A stretch of DNA of 59,340 bases from an uncultured virus (IMG/VR IMGVR_UViG_3300025723_000019) (Duplodnaviria; Heunggongvirae; Uroviricota; Caudoviricetes). The translations under genes and the position numbers were made by a program. Under the pieces are notes generated by a model. It searched no databases. It saw only the letters and a list, made by a program, of their open reading frames with translations, and was not told where the DNA came from. The stretch spans positions 62,001-121,340 of IMG/VR virus record IMGVR_UViG_3300025723_000019; one strand, written 5' to 3'. This document shows positions 18,815 through 27,943 of this stretch, in pieces (position 1 is the stretch's first letter; every line of letters starts with the position of its first letter).

Positions 18815-19009
18815 ATGAAGAACTCATATGCCACCATCCCATCGCACGGGCCGTATGTTGTCACCCGTGACGGCGCAGTTATTTCGCCTGTGTTCAACGA
18901 GGGATTGTTTGAGGCAATCGGATGGCTGCATCGTCACCAAGGGCAGAGCGTTGACTACGCCATTAGGTACGGTGGCTACCGAATCACCAACCCCAGCGAA
19001 GACAACTAA
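18815..19009 (+). CDS. hypothetical protein
   Basis: GAGAGG RBS; downstream of the promoter. Confidence 0.6.
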   Translation: MKNSYATIPSHGPYVVTRDGAVISPVFNEGLFEAIGWLHRHQGQSVDYAIRYGGYRITNPSEDN

Positions 19010-19023
19010 CCGAGAGGAAACAG

Positions 19024-19275
19024 ATGCCACTTATCGAAGCATTGACCCCAAATGAACTTGCACAGATTCAGGCCGAATTGGATGCTGAAGGATGCGCTTG
19101 GCTCGTAGAGCGTGTTGTCGGCTACGACTACGACGATAACCCTCGCATTGAGATTCTTCCCTGTGGCGCAGCCACGGTTCTCACCGACGAGTACGGCTCG
19201 TGGCATTGTGCCAAGGGTCATCACCACCACACCTACGGCTCCCCGGCTTGGCAGAACGATGGGCAGTACGACTGA
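19024..19275 (+). CDS. hypothetical Cys/His protein
   Basis: GAGAGG RBS; PCGA...WHCAKGHHH. Confidence 0.6.
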   Translation: MPLIEALTPNELAQIQAELDAEGCAWLVERVVGYDYDDNPRIEILPCGAATVLTDEYGSWHCAKGHHHHTYGSPAWQNDGQYD

Positions 19276-19463
19276 TGGGACACCTCACGAGCAACCACTA
19301 CCCACCCGCGCCGACCACGCTGGTGCAGCAGCGCAAAGCACGTTGCACTTACTTCCGTGGGTGCGGTGGCGAGCAACCCTCAGCCAATCCATTGCCGTTC
19401 TTCAGGCCTCGGCCTGATGCTAAATTCGATTCCTACTACTGCGGATGCTACGGCTGGGACTAA
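19275..19463 (+). CDS. small Cys-rich phage protein
   Basis: RKARC...LPFF..RP...DSYYCGCYGWD; TGATG overlap. Confidence 0.65.
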   Translation: MGHLTSNHYPPAPTTLVQQRKARCTYFRGCGGEQPSANPLPFFRPRPDAKFDSYYCGCYGWD

Positions 19464-19489
19464 CTTCCGTTTGCTGAACCCTCGTCAAC

Positions 19490-19518
19490 TTGACACATTG
19501 CTGTCACCCGACTAGGGT
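19490..19518 (+). promoter_or_regulatory. promoter of the Rpf-like gene
   Basis: TTGACA-N17-TAGGGT, followed by an ~190 nt untranslated leader. Confidence 0.6.
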
Positions 19519-19714
19519 TTTCATCAACCACTTGGGAGGCCAATGACCCCATAAGGGCCGTGATAACGCCGACACACCCGATGCTGAATAAGCGAGGCCG
19601 TTGTATTCCACACCGGAACCGGACTGGGGTATGAATGTCGTATGGCGTTTGCCCGCACCACCACCACCTAGAACCTGCGTCTGCTGTACGACGCGTGACC
19701 TGAAGGAGTGTCCG

Positions 19715-20185
19715 ATGCGGCCTACCTTGTCTATCCGTTCCCTTATCGCTGTCTCCGTTGTCGCTATCGGGGCAGTGTTGTTGCAACCAGCCGGGGCATC
19801 TGCTCCGCACCATTCCAATTTCCACGGCCCACTTCACGGTGCGCCGAAACACGCTCCAGTGACCACCGTGGCGCATACGCCAGTGGCCCACAAGCCACCT
19901 GTCGTTCACCACGCTCCAAAGGGCTGGCCTTGGGGCGTGACTGCTACCGACCTGCGTGAGTGGAGCCGTGTGGCTTCTTGCGAGGAAGGTGGAAACTGGC
20001 ACGTCAGAGGCTCGCTCTACTCCGGGGGCCTCGGCATCACCAACTCCAACTGGCGATACTTCTCACGCGGGATGGGCTTCCCGGCGAACGCTGCTGATGC
20101 CACGCCTGTCCAGCAGGTCGCTGTGGCCAAGCGCATCAACGCTGGCTACGGAGTACCAGACCAGTACGGCTGCCACGCTTGGTGA
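19715..20185 (+). CDS. secreted resuscitation-promoting-factor-like lytic transglycosylase
   Basis: AAGGAG RBS; signal peptide ending AGA-SA; His/Pro linker; WSRVASCEEGGNW, YSGGLG, ATPVQQVAVA. Confidence 0.8.
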   Translation: MRPTLSIRSLIAVSVVAIGAVLLQPAGASAPHHSNFHGPLHGAPKHAPVTTVAHTPVAHKPPVVHHAPKGWPWGVTATDLREWSRVASCEEGGNWHVRGSLYSGGLGITNSNWRYFSRGMGFPANAADATPVQQVAVAKRINAGYGVPDQYGCHAW

Positions 20186-20231
20186 TAGCCTTATCCTGAC
20201 CCTGTTGGTCAGTTGCTCTATCCGGTAGTTA

Positions 20232-20256
20232 GGCCACCCTACGGGGTGGTCTTTCT
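20232..20256 (+). terminator. intrinsic terminator between convergent genes
   Basis: GGCCACCC-TACG-GGGTGGTC then TTTCT. Confidence 0.7.
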
Positions 20257-20437
20257 ACTTGCGACGCTTAAAGAAGCGAGACGTAGGAATCAGATTTGGA
20301 TTGACCGTCTTGGTGATTTCCGGCTCAGACGAATCCTCGTCAACGTTGGAAACATCCTCGGAACTGTCATCTTCGTCATCCCCGAACAGGTTGCCAGACC
20401 ACTTCCAAGTTGACGGGTCACGCTCTTGATTTGCCAT
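20255..20437 (-). CDS. small acidic protein with a basic tail, end of the cassette
   Basis: 60 aa; start directly follows GGATTTCACT. Confidence 0.45.
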   Translation of the reverse strand: MANQERDPSTWKWSGNLFGDDEDDSSEDVSNVDEDSSEPEITKTVNPNLIPTSRFFKRRK

Positions 20438-20446
20438 AGTGAAATC

Positions 20447-21805
20447 CTACCACTGTCCGTTTCGGGCAACCCAAGCGTCGTACTCGGCTGCCGAGACATT
20501 CATTCCCCGAACGGTCTTGGTGATTGCGTCGTGGGAGCGCAGTTTGCTTCCAAGGGCCTGAACGAGCAGGGCGTTGGCTGTCTTGGCGACTTCGCTGTCC
20601 TTGGCGAGTGAGGACACCAGCACGTTCTTGGCCGGGTCAAGTGCGCCAGTCTCGTCAACGTTGTCGTATCCAAAACCGTTGGGGGAAATGCTGACGCTTT
20701 CAGGGAGAACCATTGCGCTGCGATTCAGCACCATTGTGTAGTTGCGATTGTTGTCGTGATAAGCGTCGTACCCGGCGAGCGCAGGAAGCGAACTGGCAAT
20801 TTGGAAACTTTCAAAGGGCAATGCAATTGCCTTAGCCATTTTTTGGTAGGCGGCTTGTTGCTGCCCGTTTCCACCATAGATTTCGCCACCGTACATTTGA
20901 GCGTCAGCGAAAAGCCGGTTCTTGCTCATTATCGTGTCCCAGCCCGCTGCTCCAAAGGAGTTCGGGATGTCTTGACTTTCCAGCACGTTCGACGGGTTGG
21001 CCAACTTGCTACGGAAGATGCAGCCACCTGCCGGTTCACCAGCGTCTGGCCTAGAGTAATCGGCAGCAGTGTCTTTGGTACTTGATGTGTAAAACGCAGC
21101 ACCGTAGTTTCCACCACCGAACCTTGGCGTTCCAAAATAAAGGGATGACAGTTTGGCTTCTAATCCACTGCTTCCAGCAGTAATGCCGGAGAACAAGCAC
21201 GGGCCGGGGGTTTCAGCAAACTTCGCCTCACTGACCACCGTTGGCTTCTCGGCATAGCCAAGCATCCTCAGAATTGCTGCGCTTTCTGGGTCGGTGTTCC
21301 GATTGTCACGGGCAATGGTGTACTGCTTCCAGTACTCGTCGGGGTTGCACACGATGTGCGTGAAGTTTCTTTGGAAGATGGCTGCCCGTCGCTCGTTTTC
21401 AGCAGGGTCACTAGCAAAGGCCTTTTCCTGTGTCAGCCACTCCGTGAAGTTTTGGACATCCTCGGACAGTTTTTTTGTTGCTTCGGGGGAGATTCCACTT
21501 CCACCTTCGCCAGCGACCCATTGGTTCCCGTGAAAAACGTGACCGTTGACATCCCCCTTTTGGATTTCACCAGTGGCGAGGAACGCCGTCGCAGCATCTT
21601 TAAGTTCCTGCGGGGCCGGAATCCACGACGGCATCTTCGTCATTTTCAGTACGGCTGCCTGCTGGTCTGCGAGGGGTGCGTCAGTGACGTTCAAGAACCA
21701 CAACAGGTCGGGGATGGTGGTGATGAGCGTGTTCATACGCCACAAGTCCCAAGTACCGGTCTTAATCCAGTCTTCGTTCAGGGTGTTTGACGCGTTGGTT
21801 TCCAT
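20447..21805 (-). CDS. tagged protein with a PARP-like ADP-ribosyltransferase-fold domain
   Basis: IQKGDVNGHVFHGNQW; LFSG, GGGNYGAAFYTS, AGYDA, YTMVLNR; paralogous to two domains of the upstream polyprotein. Confidence 0.6.
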   Translation of the reverse strand: METNASNTLNEDWIKTGTWDLWRMNTLITTIPDLLWFLNVTDAPLADQQAAVLKMTKMPSWIPAPQELKDAATAFLATGEIQKGDVNGHVFHGNQWVAGEGGSGISPEATKKLSEDVQNFTEWLTQEKAFASDPAENERRAAIFQRNFTHIVCNPDEYWKQYTIARDNRNTDPESAAILRMLGYAEKPTVVSEAKFAETPGPCLFSGITAGSSGLEAKLSSLYFGTPRFGGGNYGAAFYTSSTKDTAADYSRPDAGEPAGGCIFRSKLANPSNVLESQDIPNSFGAAGWDTIMSKNRLFADAQMYGGEIYGGNGQQQAAYQKMAKAIALPFESFQIASSLPALAGYDAYHDNNRNYTMVLNRSAMVLPESVSISPNGFGYDNVDETGALDPAKNVLVSSLAKDSEVAKTANALLVQALGSKLRSHDAITKTVRGMNVSAAEYDAWVARNGQW

Positions 21806-21814
21806 TGGCTCAGT

Positions 21815-24800
21815 TTACGCGTTTCTACTGACTTGACGGATTCCGTACTGGCTGAATTCGTATCCGCTTGGAAGCACGGTGTCTTTGTCAGACTGCACGG
21901 CTGCAAATTCTGCTCCTGACAGGTTTGCGTTAGCAAGATTTGCACCTTTAAGGCTTACATCTCTAAAGTTTACATCTTCAAGGTTTGCACCTTCAAGATT
22001 GGCTTCCGAAAGGCGTGAGTTGCCAATCTCGGCCTTTGACAAGTTGCACCCAGAAAAATTGGCTTTAATGAAATCGCTTGCTGAAAAAAATGAACCCGAC
22101 AAGTTTGCGCCAGTGAGGTTGGCATTGCTGAAGTTTGCGCCATACCAAACGTGGTTAAGGTTTCCGTTGGAGCCGTTGCCATTCAAAAAAGGAGTGCGGT
22201 CTGTTGAAAAGTCAGCGTTTGTAAGATTTGCCCCTGAAAAATTTGCGTTTTGTGAGGGGGTTTCAAACTTTGCGCCTTGGAGGTTGGCACCCGAAAAATT
22301 AGCGTACTCTGCAATGTCTTTAATTTTGGCACCTTGCAAATCGGCATTGCGAAAATCGTTTTGACCATTGACTTGCCATTTGCCGGGGCCAGCCATTACA
22401 ACAATTTCGTCTTCGTCTAGACAACCCACGCCGGTTCTAGCACACGACAGAACTCGCTCTACTGGGACGGTGCCAGAAATCATAACTTCGCCAAAATGAC
22501 TTGCTTCGGTTGCTGAATAGGCAAACGAAGAAAGCGGGCGAAGTGGCACTTCTGAATTTGTTTTAAAACCTTTTGTCCAATCCGGTGGAGAACTTTGAGA
22601 ACGGAAAGTCATCCCTCGGTACACGGAAACTTCCTTGATTCCAGCAGCCTTGAAGTAATCCTGCGTTGCGTTGTACTGCGCCCGGAGGAAAGCCTTGTAG
22701 AAGTCACCGTTTTCACTGACAAGTTTGTCAACTTGTGCCTGTGTTGCTGTTGCTAAATTTGTAATTTGGTCTTGTTGTGCTGAATCAAGTTTCCCCCTAC
22801 TGCTGTAGCCGAGGAATTGCCTTGCTGCTTCTTTGTAATCCCAGTCAAAATGTCCAGCAAGACCGAACTCCTTGGCTGCTAATTGCTGCATTGCCAATGA
22901 CAGTGGAGAAGTGTCGTTCGACGTGTTGGCCCATTCCGAGACGAGTTTGCTGACGGCTGCTGCCCGTTCCTCTGGCTGCCTGCTGCCTAACGCTTCATCC
23001 CATTCGGGGCCGAGGCGAGAAGCAATGTCCTTGGCGATTGCTGCTTTGCAGTCACCACGAACCTTCATATCCCACTTGGGGCCTGTTAGACCCTTTTCCA
23101 CCGCTTCTGCGACCTTGCGACTGTTGAGGTACACGGAAACGTTGTCCCCCGGCTTGCTCTCGGCTTGGGAGATTTCACTGCCACCCTCTCCACCTGTCCA
23201 CTGGTTTCCGTGAAAGGGATGGCCTTCAACGTCGCCCTTTTGTACGGGCTTTTCGTATGGTTGAACCGGCACGTTGGTCAGTTCGTTGCCTACTGCGCCC
23301 TTTTCATCAAAGTTAAACTCGTTAAAGGATTTGTCACTACCAATGGTGATGTTCTTCGGGAGAACCAAAGCACCACGGTTTAACAGCATCGTGTAGTCAT
23401 CGTTTTTAATACCGACTTGCGGTACGGTCAGGGCATCAAAGCCAGCAAGTGCTGGAACGGCACTCATCCTCATTGAGTAGTCGGTCATTACTGCGTCAAT
23501 TTTGCCGTAAGCCGACGCTTGGTCTGGGGTGATGCCCTGTTTCATCAAGGGCAGCAGTGAAATACCTTCTGGCCTCTCGTAGGCCAAGCCGTCATAAGTC
23601 CAAGTGTTCGATGTGCTTTCCAACTTTGCTCTAAAAATGCAACTGTCTCCACCTCTACCAATTCTCGTGTACCCCACCGGGGTGTACTTCTCAGGGGAGG
23701 TGTAGAACGCTGCTCCGTAAAAACCACCACCGTAGCGAGGAACCTTCCCGTAGTACAACTGGGACATCTTGGTTCCGACTGAAGTTGAGCCGGTCTTGAT
23801 GCCGGAGAACAGGCACGGAGTTGGTACCTTGGCGAATTCTTCTTCGCTGACAACCCTTGGCTTTGCTCCGTATCCAAGCATCTGAAGAATTGCTGCGTTC
23901 ATAGGGTCGTTGCTTCGTTGCTCTTTTGCAATTTTGAATTGCCTGTTGTATTCGCCGGGGTTGCACAACACCATTGTCAAATTCTTGGCGAACAACGCCC
24001 TACGAGCGTCATCTTGCGACTTGTCTCCAAGTTGGCCTGAGATTGGGATGTCCTTTGAAGCGTTTTCGACGTACTGGCGAATTTCAGCAGTCTCCTTTGG
24101 TGACAACTCGCTTTTGAACTCTAGTTCGGGTGCTGGTGTCTCGGCCTTTGGTGGGGTTGGCTCTGGCTCTGGCTTTGGTTCTGGCTTCGGCTCTGGTGGT
24201 GATGCGACAGGCTTAGGGGCTTTTGGAACCCTAGGAGCCTTCGGAGCCTTTGCTTTGGGTGCCTTTGGTGCCTTCGCCGGGGCCTTGGCTGCCGAACTCG
24301 GCTTTCCACCACGGGTGTTGAAGCCACCCCCGACGGTCAACCACTGATTACCGTGAAACTGGTGGCCGGGAACGTCACCTTTGGAAATCGCTTCCTCTGG
24401 TGGGCCGTCAAGTTCAGTCAGAAGTGGGTTGCCCTCAATCCAGTTCTCCAAGAACGCCGATGCTGGAATCCACTGTCCCTCAACGTAAGCCTCTGCGTCA
24501 GTTCCGTCGTATCGGTAGTAGGCGAACGGCTTTCCTTCGGTGGTGGAATACTCGTAGTACGTCCACGCAGAAGCCTTGATACTCCGGGTGCCGATGTCTT
24601 CCACGCCAGCAGGAATGGAAACTTTGGCCCACATTTTCACCATCTTGGCCTGACCCTTTATGTAGGCAGGGTCTTTTGGATTCAGGTCACGGATGCGCTC
24701 GTAGATTCCGTGGGTCTTCGTGGCCATTGCTGCTGATTCCGGGGTGTGGAACTGCACCTCAAACATTTGGTTCTTGATGGGGTCGCGGAACAGGCCGTTG

Positions 24801-27800
24801 ATGCCTTTGTAGGAGTTGTGAGGGTCGGTGTTGAAGTAGTTGCGAATGGCAATGGTTTCATAGCCTTCCTTACGGAGGTCTGCCAAAGCCGATTTCACTC
24901 CGTCACTGAACTTCTTCTCATCCAACGCCAAGGTGTAGCGAATTGAATCCTTGACCGCCAGCGATGCCTGCTGTTCGGCTTCGGACTTGGGGCCAACGAA
25001 GTCTCGTGCGTCAAGGGCAATCTTGCGAGCCAGCGAATCTGCGCTTTTCAGCACCTTGTCTGGTTTAATGCGCTGCGCCCCTACTTCGGTAGCAGTCTCG
25101 GCAATCTCTTTGGTGATGCCCGGTTCGTTCTTCGCTGCCCTGCGATGCAGGGCTGAAGCCAAGAACGTTGCTACTTGGATGCCATTCGTGTACTGGTTCC
25201 CGTGGAACAGGTGTCCAACGAGGTCGCCTTTCTCAACTTTGTCGGGCAACGGGACAGGGACATCCTTCAACCCATCTCGGTTTCCAGCAATTGGATTGGG
25301 TAAGGCACCCCCTTCTCCAAAGTATGATTCTTTCATATTTACGGAAACTGTGGTGTTTTCAGGCAGAATCATCGAACTGCGATTCAACACCATTGTGTAG
25401 TTGTTCGTAGTGTCGTGGTAAGCGTCGAAACCCGCAAGTGCTGGGAGAGTACTGTAAATTTCATAACCACCAAATGCGTCTTCTAGATTAGGAAATGCCT
25501 CTCCTATAGACGCAAGAGTTTTTTGTTGTTCTGGTGAAAAGTGTGCTTCGCCGGGAATTTCGTTTATAAACGACCTTTCAATGTAGGCAGCAGTTTCATT
25601 GCTCAGCAAGTCGCTATTATGCAGATATGGTTGCTGGTTACTCGGCCTGTCCTTTTGATGGTAATCAGATTGCCAAACATTGGCAGGATTGTCTAATTTG
25701 CAACGAAAAATGCAACCATTTGTCCCTTTGTAATTAGCATAACCGGCTGGGGTCAACTTGCCCGGAGAGGTGTAAAACGCTGCTCCATACACGCCACCAC
25801 CATAACGGGGGACATCCCCGTAGTACATTTGCGACAACTTCGTCATAATGCCACTGCTGCCGTCCGTAAGGCCAGAATAAAGAACCTGTCCCGGCGTATT
25901 GGCAAACTGCTTTTCACTGAGTACAGTTGGCCTCTCGGAGTAGCCGAGCATTTGGAGAATTGCTGTACTTGACGGGTCGCTGGACTTGTTTTTTACAGCA
26001 ATGTCACGCTGTCGCAAGTATTCGGTGGGTTGCAACAGCAAGTTGGTGAGGTTTTCTTGAAGCGTTGCCCTTCTTTGTTCGGGGTTGTCTTCCTTCTTGA
26101 ACACCACTTTGTCGGTGTACTCGGAAACAAGTTTCTTGATGAGCGCAGTTGTCGCCGGTGGAAACTCGCTCTTTGCAGCGATATGCCCAATTGAGGCCGA
26201 CTTCGGGGCCGGGGCCAACGGTGCCGAGGGCTTTTCCACCTTGGGTTCTGGCTTTGGAGCAGGCTGAGGCTGAGGGGCAGGCGGTGGTGATGGGGCAACA
26301 GGCTTTGGCTTGGCTACTTGTGCAGCCTTTGGTGGCTTGGCTGCTGGGATGAGTGGCTTCCGGGGCTTTGGAGCCTTGGCAGCCTTCGGAGCCTTTGCTT
26401 TTCCACCAGAAGCATTGAACTTGCCACCGACAGTGACCCACTGGTTCCCGTGGAATTGGTGACCATCCACGTCGCCCTTTTGGACATCCGACTGCTGATA
26501 GTCGTATTGCGCTCGGCCACCGGCGAAGCAGGGCCGGATGTCGCCATCAGATTTCACTACATCATCGGACATCCCCGCTGTTGATGGGTCTGACCACTTC
26601 TCTGGGAGCAGTGCGCCCTTCTGCTCTGGGAATCCACCACCGAGTTGGGTCATCACGGAGTTTTGACCACGAGTTGCAGTGGTCATTGCCTGACGAGCGA
26701 GTGGGCCATACATTGAGGCGTGGCTGGCCCACGCCGCTTCTTCACCATTCCTGTCGAAGTTGCGCCCAGTGGCAGCGTGTCCAAAAGCGTCGTGGACAGC
26801 ACGGAATTCTTCGATTTCCCGGTTGGTGACGAACGGGTGGCCACCAGTGCTACTGGCAGACAGAACGGCCAAGTGATGGTTGTCGTGAACGTCTGCTGCC
26901 ATTTCAGCAGCATCCTTGTACGGGTCTTCCTTGACTACTTCGACCTTGACCCCAAGGGTCTTGGTTAGGTACTCAAATTGCTGATGGGTTTCCTTGACGA
27001 ACTCTCGGTAGGCAGCACGAGTGGATTCATCCACAGACGGCAGTGCAACGTAGTCCTTGGCGATTTCCAAAGCCCGTGACGGGTTGACTTTCACCTTGGA
27101 GTAGTCAATGTCGGGTCGCTGCAAGCCGACGCTCTTGGCGTATTCGGCTGCGCCCTTAGCAAGTTCGGCGTTTCCACCAGTCCATTGGTTGCCTCTGAAC
27201 GGATGTCCCGGCTCGTCGCCCTTGACAACGATTCGGTCTGCCCCCACAACGGATTTCACTACCGTGGCGAACTTGGCCAAGGTTTGGAAAGCCGCGATGA
27301 GTTGAGACAAGTTCTGCATCATTGTCTCGTGCTTGTCGCCCATTCCAATCTGGTGGAAGTCAATGGCGAGGTTTGCCAACTTCGGCTGGAGAATGAGCAG
27401 CGATTCTGGTGATACTCCGTTGTTCCAAAGGTCGCTAACGAAATCAGGCTTTAGAACACGGGGCCGGAAGTTGCACAAGGCGTGGTCAATGCCCACGATG
27501 CGCCCGTCGGGGGTGGAAATCCAATTCTTGGGCCGACGGTCTGCATTGGCGGTGAGGTAGTCGAACAGTTTCAGTGCTGTTCCCTGAGCGTTCTCCGGCA
27601 ACTCGGTCTGCCCGGCTTCTTCACCAGTCTGGCCGACGATGAACGGCATAATGACGGTCTTGGCACCAGAGCCGTAGAGGTGGCAGTCCCTAACCGGAGC
27701 GTTCATTGTTTCGCCCACCAGCGATGCCAAGTACTCCTGCGCTGCCAAGATTTCAGCAGGGTAGAGCCTGCCGGTCTTGTTGCCAACCCAGTCCTTCATC

Positions 27801-27943
27801 GTCTTGATGATGCCACCAGAGCCATCGGCAAACCGGACGTAGGTGAAACCGTCGTTCTGGTTCCCCTTGAAGCGACCTTCCAAAGGCTCCGTTCCGATTA
27901 CGTCAGTGTTGGTGAATTTAACAAAGTTCGGTTGGAACGTCAC
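21815..27943 (-). CDS. ~2040-aa multi-domain polyprotein: kinase, HDxxGH domain, ART-like, RelA/SpoT-like, ART-like, R-S-E ART, pentapeptide repeats
   Basis: Probable GTG start overlapping the upstream TAG; five KGDxxGHxFxGNQ tags at domain boundaries; domain motifs listed under findings. Confidence 0.8.
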   Translation of the reverse strand: MTFQPNFVKFTNTDVIGTEPLEGRFKGNQNDGFTYVRFADGSGGIIKTMKDWVGNKTGRLYPAEILAAQEYLASLVGETMNAPVRDCHLYGSGAKTVIMPFIVGQTGEEAGQTELPENAQGTALKLFDYLTANADRRPKNWISTPDGRIVGIDHALCNFRPRVLKPDFVSDLWNNGVSPESLLILQPKLANLAIDFHQIGMGDKHETMMQNLSQLIAAFQTLAKFATVVKSVVGADRIVVKGDEPGHPFRGNQWTGGNAELAKGAAEYAKSVGLQRPDIDYSKVKVNPSRALEIAKDYVALPSVDESTRAAYREFVKETHQQFEYLTKTLGVKVEVVKEDPYKDAAEMAADVHDNHHLAVLSASSTGGHPFVTNREIEEFRAVHDAFGHAATGRNFDRNGEEAAWASHASMYGPLARQAMTTATRGQNSVMTQLGGGFPEQKGALLPEKWSDPSTAGMSDDVVKSDGDIRPCFAGGRAQYDYQQSDVQKGDVDGHQFHGNQWVTVGGKFNASGGKAKAPKAAKAPKPRKPLIPAAKPPKAAQVAKPKPVAPSPPPAPQPQPAPKPEPKVEKPSAPLAPAPKSASIGHIAAKSEFPPATTALIKKLVSEYTDKVVFKKEDNPEQRRATLQENLTNLLLQPTEYLRQRDIAVKNKSSDPSSTAILQMLGYSERPTVLSEKQFANTPGQVLYSGLTDGSSGIMTKLSQMYYGDVPRYGGGVYGAAFYTSPGKLTPAGYANYKGTNGCIFRCKLDNPANVWQSDYHQKDRPSNQQPYLHNSDLLSNETAAYIERSFINEIPGEAHFSPEQQKTLASIGEAFPNLEDAFGGYEIYSTLPALAGFDAYHDTTNNYTMVLNRSSMILPENTTVSVNMKESYFGEGGALPNPIAGNRDGLKDVPVPLPDKVEKGDLVGHLFHGNQYTNGIQVATFLASALHRRAAKNEPGITKEIAETATEVGAQRIKPDKVLKSADSLARKIALDARDFVGPKSEAEQQASLAVKDSIRYTLALDEKKFSDGVKSALADLRKEGYETIAIRNYFNTDPHNSYKGINGLFRDPIKNQMFEVQFHTPESAAMATKTHGIYERIRDLNPKDPAYIKGQAKMVKMWAKVSIPAGVEDIGTRSIKASAWTYYEYSTTEGKPFAYYRYDGTDAEAYVEGQWIPASAFLENWIEGNPLLTELDGPPEEAISKGDVPGHQFHGNQWLTVGGGFNTRGGKPSSAAKAPAKAPKAPKAKAPKAPRVPKAPKPVASPPEPKPEPKPEPEPTPPKAETPAPELEFKSELSPKETAEIRQYVENASKDIPISGQLGDKSQDDARRALFAKNLTMVLCNPGEYNRQFKIAKEQRSNDPMNAAILQMLGYGAKPRVVSEEEFAKVPTPCLFSGIKTGSTSVGTKMSQLYYGKVPRYGGGFYGAAFYTSPEKYTPVGYTRIGRGGDSCIFRAKLESTSNTWTYDGLAYERPEGISLLPLMKQGITPDQASAYGKIDAVMTDYSMRMSAVPALAGFDALTVPQVGIKNDDYTMLLNRGALVLPKNITIGSDKSFNEFNFDEKGAVGNELTNVPVQPYEKPVQKGDVEGHPFHGNQWTGGEGGSEISQAESKPGDNVSVYLNSRKVAEAVEKGLTGPKWDMKVRGDCKAAIAKDIASRLGPEWDEALGSRQPEERAAAVSKLVSEWANTSNDTSPLSLAMQQLAAKEFGLAGHFDWDYKEAARQFLGYSSRGKLDSAQQDQITNLATATQAQVDKLVSENGDFYKAFLRAQYNATQDYFKAAGIKEVSVYRGMTFRSQSSPPDWTKGFKTNSEVPLRPLSSFAYSATEASHFGEVMISGTVPVERVLSCARTGVGCLDEDEIVVMAGPGKWQVNGQNDFRNADLQGAKIKDIAEYANFSGANLQGAKFETPSQNANFSGANLTNADFSTDRTPFLNGNGSNGNLNHVWYGANFSNANLTGANLSGSFFSASDFIKANFSGCNLSKAEIGNSRLSEANLEGANLEDVNFRDVSLKGANLANANLSGAEFAAVQSDKDTVLPSGYEFSQYGIRQVSRNA
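21880..22360 (-). repeat. pentapeptide repeats
   Basis: ANFSG, ANLQG, ANLTG, ANLEG, ANLAN series. Confidence 0.9.
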
